Below, piece by piece: positions 15,539-23,512 of a DNA stretch of 32,000 nucleotides. The position numbers and the translations under genes are program-made. Each line of letters starts with the position of its first letter. Position 1 is the stretch's first letter. Under the pieces are notes generated by a model. That model saw only the letters and a program-made list of their open reading frames with translations. It searched no databases and was not told the origin of the DNA. This DNA comes from Mycolicibacterium smegmatis (GTDB lineage Bacteria > Actinomycetota > Actinomycetes > Mycobacteriales > Mycobacteriaceae): contig NZ_LN831039.1 of assembly GCF_001457595.1 (NCBI RefSeq), forward strand, positions 5,580,001-5,612,000, given 5' to 3'.

Positions 15539-16300
15539 ATGCCTCGCAGCGTGCTCGTCACCGGAGCGACCGGCACTCTGGGCCACCATGTGGTTCCGGA
15601 GGCGACGCAAGCGGGTCACGCGGTCAGAGCGCTCAGCCGGCGCCCACGCGTCGGCTACACCGGGGTCCACTGGCAGCAGGGCGACCTGTCAGATGCGGGG
15701 ACGTTGGACGCCGCCCTCGACGGGATCGACACGGTGGTGCACTGCGCCACCCAGCCGACCGGCGACAAAGACATCGTTGCTGCGCGGAACCTCACCAACG
15801 CCGTCCGGCGCAACAACGTCGGGCATCTCATCTATGTCTCGATCGTCGGCATCGACAAGATCCCGTTGCCCTACTACCGCACCAAGTTGCGAGTGGAACA
15901 ACTGCTGGCCGACTCGGGCGTCCCGCACACCATTCAGCGCGCCACACAGTTCCACGAGCTAATAAAAAAGATATTCGACATACAACGCTTCTCGCCGGTT
16001 TTGGTGGCGCTGCGGGACGTGCGGTTCCAGCCGATCGACACGCGCGACGTCGCGTCACGCCTCGTCGAGTTAATCGATCAAGAGCCTGGCGGACGGGTCA
16101 CCGACATGGGTGGACCGGAGGTCGTCGAACACCCGGATTTGGCACAGATGTATCTCGCAGCACACAGCAGCAGGCGTCGCGTGGTCAGATTCACGCCGCC
16201 CGGCCGCATCGCTGCGGGTTACAGGTCTGGAGCGCATCTGACCCCGGATAACGCGGTCGGAACGGTAACTTTCCAGCAATACCTGGCTTCAGGTACATAA
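15539..16300 (+). CDS. NAD(P)H-binding NmrA-like / atypical SDR family protein
   Basis: N-terminal Rossmann motif VLVTGATGTLGHHV in a 253-aa product. ATG 15539 or GTG 15530 could be the start. Confidence 0.8.
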   Translation: MPRSVLVTGATGTLGHHVVPEATQAGHAVRALSRRPRVGYTGVHWQQGDLSDAGTLDAALDGIDTVVHCATQPTGDKDIVAARNLTNAVRRNNVGHLIYVSIVGIDKIPLPYYRTKLRVEQLLADSGVPHTIQRATQFHELIKKIFDIQRFSPVLVALRDVRFQPIDTRDVASRLVELIDQEPGGRVTDMGGPEVVEHPDLAQMYLAAHSSRRRVVRFTPPGRIAAGYRSGAHLTPDNAVGTVTFQQYLASGT

Positions 16301-16395
16301 ACTTTGGCCGCCTACCGGATTCGCTCTCAGATCGAAAAGGCACACTTTTACATAGGCTCTTGCATGTATGGCGGATAGTCGTAGGCTCAACACTG

Positions 16396-16980
16396 ATGAG
16401 CACCTCAGCGCCGCAAAACGGGTCGATGCGCGCTGCCGACACCGATCGCATTCAGGTGGCGCAGCAGCTCACTGATGCCGCCGCGTCGGGCCGCCTCCCG
16501 ATGGACGAGTACGAGGACCGCCTGGCAAAGGCCTACACCGCCGAGACCCGTAACGAACTAGCCCGCCTCAGCTCCGACCTGGCCGGGGCCGCCACCTACC
16601 TCAACGCCGGCTGCCGGCCCGCGCCGTCGACCACGCTGCTGGGTCTGATGAGCGGCTTCGAGCGCCGTGGCCGCTGGAACGTGCCGAAGAAGTTGACAAC
16701 GTTTGCTCTTTTCGGCGGCGGAGTGATCGATCTGCGGTACGCCGATTTCACGTCGGCCGACGTCGACATCCGCTGTTACTCGATCTTCGGTGGGCAGACC
16801 ATCCTGGTGCCGCCCGAGGTCAACGTCGACTGTCATGGCATCGGCATCATGGGCAACTTCGACCGCCACGTTCACGGTGAAGGTGTGCCCGGCGCACCGC
16901 GTGTCCACATCCGCGGTTTCTCGGTCGGCGGCACCGTCAGCGTCAAGCGCAAGCATCGCCGCAAGCCTCACGAGAACTGA
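16396..16980 (+). CDS. DUF1707 domain protein with LiaF-like C-terminal domain
   Basis: The N-terminal pattern MRAADTDRIQVAQQLTDAAASGRLPMDEYEDRLAKAY is the typical DUF1707 opening. The C-terminus is of the G.V.IDLR....S.DV.I.C.SIFGG..I.VP type. ATG 16396 is preferred over TTG 16360. Confidence 0.8.
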   Translation: MSTSAPQNGSMRAADTDRIQVAQQLTDAAASGRLPMDEYEDRLAKAYTAETRNELARLSSDLAGAATYLNAGCRPAPSTTLLGLMSGFERRGRWNVPKKLTTFALFGGGVIDLRYADFTSADVDIRCYSIFGGQTILVPPEVNVDCHGIGIMGNFDRHVHGEGVPGAPRVHIRGFSVGGTVSVKRKHRRKPHEN

Positions 16981-17050
16981 GACCCTCAAACCGAGCCCAC
17001 CGAATGGCTCCTGCCACACCCAGATTGGTTATCGGTGAGCACTTCTCGAC

Positions 17051-17713
17051 TCACTGCCAACCAGGTTGGTGCCCTCGCCGACGATACCGCAGCAGGCCGA
17101 CGATGATCAGCGTGATCAGCCCGAGGCCGGCCGCGAGGATACCGGCGATGATCGCGACGAAGGCACCACCGAATGTGCCCATGCTCACTTCCCCGCCGAC
17201 ACCGAACCTGTCGGATTCCATGCCGGTACAAGTGACTTCGTGTGAACCAGGGCGGTCGGTGGTGAAGGTGAACACAGCCTGCCACTGATTGACGGTGACG
17301 TCCGGACCGACGGGCGTGATCTCGGGGGTGGCTTCGGTGTCGACGCTTGTGACGACGCAGTCGATGTCGTGTGGCTCCAGGCCGTCCTCCCCGGCGAAGA
17401 TGTAGATCATCCGGTGTTCGCCAGGTTGAAGATCGACGGTGGTGGCGCCGTTGTTCTCAAAGGTGTCGTTCGCGCCGGGCGATGCTTGCAACACCTTGGC
17501 CATCGAATAGCCGCCGAAACTGATGGCGACGAGCCCTGCCACGATCAGCGCGGCTCCGATCACGAACCAGGCCTTACGAGGTGGTTGTTTTCCCGTCGCC
17601 GGCGGGCCGGCACCATACTGCGGCTGCCCCCACTGCTGTGGCGCCGGAGGCGGGTATTGGGTCTGGTCCCACGGCTGCCGTTGGTCCCACGTCGGTGGCG
17701 GCTCGGTCGACAT
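17051..17713 (-). CDS. Pro/Gln-rich N-terminus, two-TM membrane protein of unknown function
   Basis: ATG 17713 is preceded by GAGGAG. A PPPTWDQRQPWDQTQYPPPAPQQWGQPQYG head is followed by a TM helix, an extracytoplasmic domain of about 110 aa, and a C-terminal TM helix plus RYRRR stop-transfer. Confidence 0.75.
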   Translation of the reverse strand: MSTEPPPTWDQRQPWDQTQYPPPAPQQWGQPQYGAGPPATGKQPPRKAWFVIGAALIVAGLVAISFGGYSMAKVLQASPGANDTFENNGATTVDLQPGEHRMIYIFAGEDGLEPHDIDCVVTSVDTEATPEITPVGPDVTVNQWQAVFTFTTDRPGSHEVTCTGMESDRFGVGGEVSMGTFGGAFVAIIAGILAAGLGLITLIIVGLLRYRRRGHQPGWQ

Positions 17714-17840
17714 CCTCGGCTCCTCTCATCGGCCGATCTGGACCTGACCATGGATGATCCCTGCGGTCACCTAGGAACATAACTCTGCCAATGCCGTCGC
17801 TGAGCCACTTTTCAGCAACGGGATTGGGATGTCTTTGACA

Positions 17841-17885
17841 ACGCGAAAACACAACGGCCCCCTCCTTTTTGGAGGGGGCCGTTGT
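17841..17885 (-). terminator. rho-independent terminator after the 17902-19182 gene
   Basis: Perfect 15-bp stem (17851-17865 / 17871-17885) with a 5-nt loop. On the minus strand it is followed by GTTTTCGCG, 17 nt after the TAA stop. Confidence 0.85.
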
Positions 17886-17901
17886 GATGCGGAGGTATTA
17901 C

Positions 17902-19182
17902 TTACTCGTCTCCGCCACCTTCGCCGCCTTCGCCGGCGTTGTCGGTGGTGGAGCTGGTAGCGGGCTTTGACGTCTTACCCTTGTTGAAGATCTTGCCAAG
18001 GGTGTTGATGCCCTTCTTGACGTCCTGCTCCAGCTTCTCCCAACCGTTGGCGGATGACGACTTGCGGCCGCCGGGCGACAGGATCACGCCCGGCGTGAAC
18101 TTGTTGCCGTCCTTGGTGACCGCTTCTGGCTTGGTGTTCGACTTGGCCGCGCTGCCGCCGGTCTCGTCCTCGCCACCCTCAGGATCAGTCACGCCACCCG
18201 TGGTGTCACCGGTATGTCCAACCGACTCGGTAATGTCGCCCGAGCTATCCAGGCCGACCTCGCCACCCTTGACGACCTCGACCTTTTCCAGCGTCGTGCT
18301 GTTCTCCAACTTTCCGGAATCCGGCTTTGCACTGTCGATGTCGATGAGGGTGCCGGTACCGGTACTCGTAGAGGACGGGTCGGTATCGAGAGTCTGGGAC
18401 AGCGCTGAGGCGCTCTTGCCGAAAACCGTCAGGCCACCGAGGAGTCCCCCAACGAGCCCGCCGGTGTCACCCGTAGTGTCCTGCTTCGTGCTGGATTTCA
18501 GGAAGCTCTGGTTCTCCTGTTCCTGGTCCCCTTCGTCTTCCTGGTCCTCGTCGTCTTCCACGACACCGCCCGGCGTCGGAGTCACGGTTCCCTGGATGAT
18601 CGCATCGACGACATAGTTGATGGCACCGACGAAGCCTGCGTTGCCGCCGTACTCCGCCAAGAAGGCAGTGGTGATGCCCGCGACGAACGTATCGGGGAAC
18701 GCCGTGTTCACGCCCCCGACGACGAGCGCCTGAATTGTCCCTACCGGGTCGAAGATCAGAGCCAGAACTTCCTCTGGGACACCGGCATCGCCGAGGATGT
18801 ACTGGGCGGTGCCGATGAACCCCGTCTCGAAGAAGTAGTTGTCGACCAGGACGTTGGGTCCGAGGGCCTCATCGATCAGCAGGTACGGGACGCCGACGAA
18901 TCCCGCCGGGCATACCGCGTCGTCATCTTCCGCGCAGTTGTTCGGGTTTTCCGGATCTCCGGTGACCTTGCCGCCAAAGCCCTGGAAGAAAGCATCGGAG
19001 ATCTGCTGCAGCGAGGCCAGCAGCTTGAGCTGCTCAACCGTCATCGTCTGAGTTCCGGGCGCCGGCGCGACCGACGCGATCTTCACCTCTTCGTTCGGGA
19101 CGAACAAAGCCGGTGTGGCGGCAACTAGCGCACCCGCGCTGATCAGTGCTGCGCCAGTAGTGACGAGCGGACGAACTGCCAT
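17902..19182 (-). CDS. secreted/anchored protein with ~170-aa folded N-domain and ~230-aa disordered acidic Gly/Thr/Ser/Lys-rich tail, unknown function
   Basis: ATG 19182. The signal/anchor is LVTTGAALISAGALVAATPALF. The N-domain has two Cys (NNCAEDDDAVCPAGF). The low-complexity tail ends GEGGEGGGDE. A clean terminator lies downstream. Confidence 0.8.
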   Translation of the reverse strand: MAVRPLVTTGAALISAGALVAATPALFVPNEEVKIASVAPAPGTQTMTVEQLKLLASLQQISDAFFQGFGGKVTGDPENPNNCAEDDDAVCPAGFVGVPYLLIDEALGPNVLVDNYFFETGFIGTAQYILGDAGVPEEVLALIFDPVGTIQALVVGGVNTAFPDTFVAGITTAFLAEYGGNAGFVGAINYVVDAIIQGTVTPTPGGVVEDDEDQEDEGDQEQENQSFLKSSTKQDTTGDTGGLVGGLLGGLTVFGKSASALSQTLDTDPSSTSTGTGTLIDIDSAKPDSGKLENSTTLEKVEVVKGGEVGLDSSGDITESVGHTGDTTGGVTDPEGGEDETGGSAAKSNTKPEAVTKDGNKFTPGVILSPGGRKSSSANGWEKLEQDVKKGINTLGKIFNKGKTSKPATSSTTDNAGEGGEGGGDE

Positions 19183-19221
19183 CTGTTCTATGCCCCCTAG
19201 CTAAGGTCGGGTGACCAGTTT

Positions 19222-19270
19222 CTGAGAGATATTCAGCGGTACTTGCGTACTACTGAGAAGTTCCTGAGAA
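19222..19270. repeat. cluster of CTGAGA(G/A) motifs upstream of the 19182 gene
   Basis: CTGAGAG at 19222-19228; CTGAGAA at 19253-19259 and 19264-19270. Confidence 0.5.
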
Positions 19271-19808
19271 CTTTAAGCTGCGGTTTGCCCCATCGCAAGC
19301 GAAACTCCTGACGAGAATTAGCCGAAGGCGCATCCGTCAGCGCTTCCATCACAGGAGCTTCTGCCATGCATCCAGTGATAACCGCCCACTAACGAAAGGT
19401 GAGTGGGCAGCCACTTTGTTACGACGTCGCCCGGGCGCGACAAGCCAGGCTGTCGAAACCCGCACGTGAGATCAGGTGTCAGCTGTTTGCCTACAGACAG
19501 TTGGAGGGCCATCGATCACCATTGACCTGGAAACTCATCTGCTCACCGCACCTCAGAGCAGTTGCCATCGACCCGAACACGTACCCGCGTGCCATTGCCC
19601 CGTCGCCGCGACACCTGGGACAAACCACCCAGGCAGAAACACACCGCACAACCCGACAGGCCGCCCCGGAACCGGCGCGTCGCGCCGATCACGTTGCAAT
19701 CACCCTGCCGTTCACTGAATGGTCACCACATTGAGTCGGCCGACGATTCAGTGCAATTGCTGATCCCGCGACACCCGAGCGGTGCAAACGGCATATACGC
19801 GGCTCACC

Positions 19809-19834
19809 CTGAGAGCAGGCTGAGAGATTCTCAG
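19809..19834. repeat. second CTGAGAG cluster including the palindrome CTGAGA-GAT-TCTCAG
   Basis: CTGAGAG at 19809-19815; CTGAGAGATTCTCAG at 19820-19834. Confidence 0.5.
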
Positions 19835-20011
19835 TTTTCGCCGGACTCTACGTCCGGACCGATTCAGCGGACGTGGCGGGCCGCTTCGGCGTCATCCGGC
19901 CTGGCAGCTCGCGGGGCCCAGCAACCACGTTCCTCACCAGGTTCTGTCCAGGACAGTCCTGAGCTCAAGAACCGCGGAGGCGATTCGACCTGACCGATAC
20001 CCGCGCCGGTG

Positions 20012-21595
20012 CTATGCCGGAGCCAAGTCTGTGCTGTACAACGACTTTCCGGTGGCGTCGCGCAGGTTGACCGTCAGCACCCGGGTGTCAGAGTCGATGT
20101 GCACCTCACCGAAGTGCTGGAATCCCTCGGCCGGCGAGGTGTTCTCCACCTCGGGCGCGTGGACGAACTCGTAGCGAGGCCCGAACGTGCCGTCGAGTGG
20201 GCTTTGCGGGAACGCTCCGGCGTTCAGCGGCCCGGAGACGAATTCCCAGAACGGCGTGAAGTCGCCGAACGCAGCCCGATCCGGGTGATACGAGATCGCC
20301 GCGGTGTAGTGGACGTCGGCGGTGAGGTAGACGATGTTCCGCACATCCTTGGTCGCGGACAGGATCCGGGAGAACGCGATCTCCCGTCCCAGCGGACGCC
20401 CGTTGTCACCCTGCGCGACGGCCTCCATCGACGCGGGCCCCTGCTCGGGGTTGGTCGCTTTGTCCGGGACCACGATGCTGATCGGCAGATCGTTGGCGAC
20501 GATCTTCCACGCGGCCGTCGAGTTCTTCAGACCGTTGATGAGCCACTGCGTCTGCTCGCGCCCCAGGATCCCGTCGTCATCCGACGTGGCCCACGCCTGC
20601 GGGTTCGGGTTCTTGTAGGTGCGCATGTCGAGCACGAACACGTCGAGCAGCGGCCCGTAGGACACCTTGCGGTACAGGCGGCCGTCGACCGCTTCGGACG
20701 GGTCCACAGGCTGCCATTCGCGCCACGCCTGGTACGCGTAGCCGGCGAGTTTGTCGACGTCGGTTTCCGTGTAACCCGCACGCCCCTGGCCCACCAGCGA
20801 CTCGTGCGGGAACCAGTTGTTGATCACCTCGTGGTCGTCCCACTGGATCAACTGCGGCACAGTGGCATTGAAGCGCCGGTAGTGCTGGTCGGTGAGGTTG
20901 TAGGCGTAGTTCCCGCGATAGTCGGCAAGTGTCTGCGCCACATGATCCTTGGCCGGGTCGGTGAGGTTGACGTACATACCGCCGTCGTTTCGTTTCTGCG
21001 TCTCCGGCACGGGACCGTCGGCATAGATCGCGTCACCGGAGTGAATGAAGAAGTCCGGGTTGCGGTCGGCCATCGCACCGAAGATTGACATCCCGCCCTG
21101 CTTGTTGATGCCCCAGCCTTGTCCGACGACGTCACCGCCCCACACAAATGTGATGTCCTGTGCTTGTGTGGGAACGGTTTTGAACACGCCGGTCACCGGT
21201 TCCGAGGTGGCGCCGTCCTCGCCTTCCAGGGTGACGCGGTAGTGCACGGTCTGCCCCGGCTCCAGGCCTGTGATGCGCACGCGCCCGGTGCCGTCGGACT
21301 CCGGGGTCAGTTGCGGGCCCTCGATGCGATTCGGATTCGAGAATGATTCGGTGGCAGCGGTTTCGACGATCATTCGTGCAGGCTCATCCGCACGTGCCCA
21401 CACCAGCGCACCGTCGGGGCGGGGATCTCCGGTGGCGACGCCGTGGGTCAGCCGCGGCCGGTTGGCGATCAGACCGGTGCTCGACGGCGCGCTGCTCGGC
21501 GTGCCGCACGCCGCGGCGGGCACCAGCAGCGCCCCGGCCAGGGACGCGCGCAGCAGGGTACGACGAGAGATGATCAGACGGTCGGTGTCAGGCAT
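20012..21595 (-). CDS. phoD: PhoD-family alkaline phosphatase/phosphodiesterase, Tat-exported lipoprotein
   Basis: ATG 21595 gives MPDTDRLIISRRTLLRASLAGALLVPAAAC, which combines a twin-arginine motif with a lipobox Cys. PhoD motifs are present (FIHSGDAIYADGP, QWDDHEVINNW). The longer tracked ORF start at 21757 adds a non-signal extension. Confidence 0.88.
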   Translation of the reverse strand: MPDTDRLIISRRTLLRASLAGALLVPAAACGTPSSAPSSTGLIANRPRLTHGVATGDPRPDGALVWARADEPARMIVETAATESFSNPNRIEGPQLTPESDGTGRVRITGLEPGQTVHYRVTLEGEDGATSEPVTGVFKTVPTQAQDITFVWGGDVVGQGWGINKQGGMSIFGAMADRNPDFFIHSGDAIYADGPVPETQKRNDGGMYVNLTDPAKDHVAQTLADYRGNYAYNLTDQHYRRFNATVPQLIQWDDHEVINNWFPHESLVGQGRAGYTETDVDKLAGYAYQAWREWQPVDPSEAVDGRLYRKVSYGPLLDVFVLDMRTYKNPNPQAWATSDDDGILGREQTQWLINGLKNSTAAWKIVANDLPISIVVPDKATNPEQGPASMEAVAQGDNGRPLGREIAFSRILSATKDVRNIVYLTADVHYTAAISYHPDRAAFGDFTPFWEFVSGPLNAGAFPQSPLDGTFGPRYEFVHAPEVENTSPAEGFQHFGEVHIDSDTRVLTVNLRDATGKSLYSTDLAPA

Positions 21596-21690
21596 GCGCG
21601 TCAGCCTGCGGCGTCCGTGCGTCCCAATGCCCAACGTGCGGTGAGGGACAGGCATCGATTGGGTTAACTCGCGTTCGTTTGTGCCGAGGT

Positions 21691-21743
21691 CGACGAGAAT
21701 GTCGCTCGCCGCGACGTCCAGCGGCATTTGCGTCAGTTTCGGC
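21691..21743 (+). repeat. 53-nt hairpin-forming interspersed element, copy a
   Basis: CGACGAGAATGTCGCTCGCCGCGACGTCCAGCGGCATTTGCGTCAGTTTCGGC. Its arms are conserved with copies b and c. It lies in the phoD/MBL divergent intergenic region. Confidence 0.7.
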
Positions 21744-21767
21744 ACGAATCTGCGCAAGGATCAACAG

Positions 21768-22565
21768 ATGACCTGCGAGCATGCTCCATTGACCACCCGA
21801 AGACTGCCATTCGGCGTCGCGGTTCTCGGCGGTCCGACCACGGTCGTCGACATCGGCGGGCATCGGCTGATCTGCGATCCCACGTTCGACCCACCGACCG
21901 ACTACGGCTATCTGCAGAAGCTCGCCGGGCCTGCCGCCGATGAGTCCGCCGTCGGTGACGTCGACGTCGCACTGGTGAGCCATGACCTGCATCCGGACAA
22001 TCTCGACGTCGCGGGCCGCGCATTCGCGCTGAGCGCACCGGTCCTGCTGACCACGGCCACCGCCGCCACACGTCTCGGCGCACCGTCAGTGCCGTTGGCG
22101 CCGTGGACAACTTGGGAGTCGCCCGACGGACTCGCGATCACCGCAGTGCCTGCGCGGCACGGCCCCGCCGACGGAGAACTCAACGAGGAGGGCTTCGTCA
22201 ACTGCGAGGTCATCGGATTCGTCGTCACCGCCCCGGACAGCCCGACGGTCTATCTCAGCGGCGACAACGCTTCTGTCGAGATCGTCCGCGAGATCCGCGA
22301 GCGCATCGGCGGGATCGACTGCGCGGTGTTGTTCGCCGGATCCGCTTCGGTACCCGCCAAGTTCGACGGGCGTCCGCTGAGCCTCACCGCCGAACGCGCC
22401 GCCGCGGCCGCAGAGGTCCTGGGCTCACCGCACGTGGTCGTGGCGCACCAAGACGGCTGGGCCCATTTCCGGCAGGGCGCTGCCGACACTGCCGCGGCGT
22501 TCCACGCTGCCGGCATCGGTGACAGGCTGTGCAGCGCCCCGCTGGGCCACATGTGTGCGATCTAG
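21768..22565 (+). CDS. MBL-fold (beta-lactamase superfamily, UlaG/Lactamase_B_3-like) protein
   Basis: ATG 21768 follows AAGGA. The 265-aa product has an opening (VLGGPTTVVDIGGHRLICDPTFD) and a VALVSHDLHPDNLD segment that resemble this family. The metal motif looks degenerate. Confidence 0.6.
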   Translation: MTCEHAPLTTRRLPFGVAVLGGPTTVVDIGGHRLICDPTFDPPTDYGYLQKLAGPAADESAVGDVDVALVSHDLHPDNLDVAGRAFALSAPVLLTTATAATRLGAPSVPLAPWTTWESPDGLAITAVPARHGPADGELNEEGFVNCEVIGFVVTAPDSPTVYLSGDNASVEIVREIRERIGGIDCAVLFAGSASVPAKFDGRPLSLTAERAAAAAEVLGSPHVVVAHQDGWAHFRQGAADTAAAFHAAGIGDRLCSAPLGHMCAI

Positions 22566-22574
22566 CCTCGAAAT

Positions 22575-22627
22575 CGACGTAAACGTCGCTCGCCCGTGGC
22601 GTAGCGACAGTTACGTCACTTTCGTGG
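22575..22627 (+). repeat. 53-nt hairpin-forming interspersed element, copy b
   Basis: CGACGTAAACGTCGCTCGCCCGTGGCGTAGCGACAGTTACGTCACTTTCGTGG. It lies between convergent gene ends, and its right end overlaps the DUF559 stop codon. Confidence 0.7.
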
Positions 22628-23463
22628 ACGCCACCCCCGGGCCAACAGCGCGGTGCGGGCCTCAGCGACGACTTCGGTGGGCCAATCCTCCTTGATGACG
22701 TGGATGACGTGCCAGCCGAGCCGCTGCAAAACCCGACTCACCTGCACGTCGAGCACATACTGCCCGCGGCTGGTGAGGTGCTGCTCGCCGTCGTACTCGG
22801 CGCCGACGCGGAACTCTTCCCACACCATGTCGAGCCTGCGGACATAGCGTCCGCTCTCATCGAGCACCACGTATTGCGTTGTGGGGTAGGGCAACCCGGC
22901 ATCGACGAAGAGCAGCCGCAGCCACGTCTCCCGGGGTGACTCGGCACCGCCGTCCACAAGCGGAAGCGCTGTCCGCAGTCGTTGTAATCCGCGTGCGCCG
23001 CGGTAACGCTTGGCCAGCAGTGCAACATCCTCGGTGGAGAACGGCCTGGCGTTCATCAACGCGTCCAAACGCGGAACTGCCTGGTCTCGGGGAAGGTGGC
23101 GGGCGAGGTCGAAGGCCGCCCGAGCCGGTGTCGCGACGCGAATGCCGGCAATCTGAGTGATTTCGTCGTCGTGCAGCCTCTCCCTGCGGACGGTCAGCCC
23201 GGCCTGTCGTCGGACCGGCGCCACGATCTCGACGGTGACATCCGGCCCACCCACTTCGCCCCGTGCATCGCCGAGGCCGCGATACCGGTGATCACCGCAC
23301 TGGGACACGCGAGCGACGCCCCGATGATGCGGTCGCGCAGCGAGACCGCGTGCCCATTTGGGACGTAGACCCCGCGGTAGAGCACGTGATAGCGATGCCG
23401 CAGCTGCGACGGCGTGAGCCACCCGGCCACTATCGCGTCACTGCCGACGAACGGAATGTCCAC
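22616..23463 (-). pseudogene. AbiEi-N-like + DUF559 (restriction-endonuclease-like) protein gene, disrupted by a frameshift
   Basis: The N-terminal part is in the frame of GTG 23463 (MDIPFVGSDAIVAGWLTPSQLRHRYHVLYRGVYVP...AMHGAKWVG). The continuation PDVTVEIVAPV...EYDGEQHLTSRGQYVLDVQVSRVLQRLGWHVIHV is in the frame of ORF 22616-23422. The switch falls at the run ccggccc 23242-23248. Confidence 0.7.
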
Positions 23464-23512
23464 GTATATAGGACGCAGCGCAGCCCGGATCGGCTCCCTG
23501 CGACGTCGAGAG

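Noticed and set aside
19562-19993. 143-aa ORF, and other 60-110-aa ORFs, in the 19183-20011 region as possible genes
   Set aside because: The translations (PSTRTRTRVPLPRRRDTWDKPPRQK...) are compositionally non-protein-like. There is no RBS and no third-position GC bias. The region is treated as non-coding.
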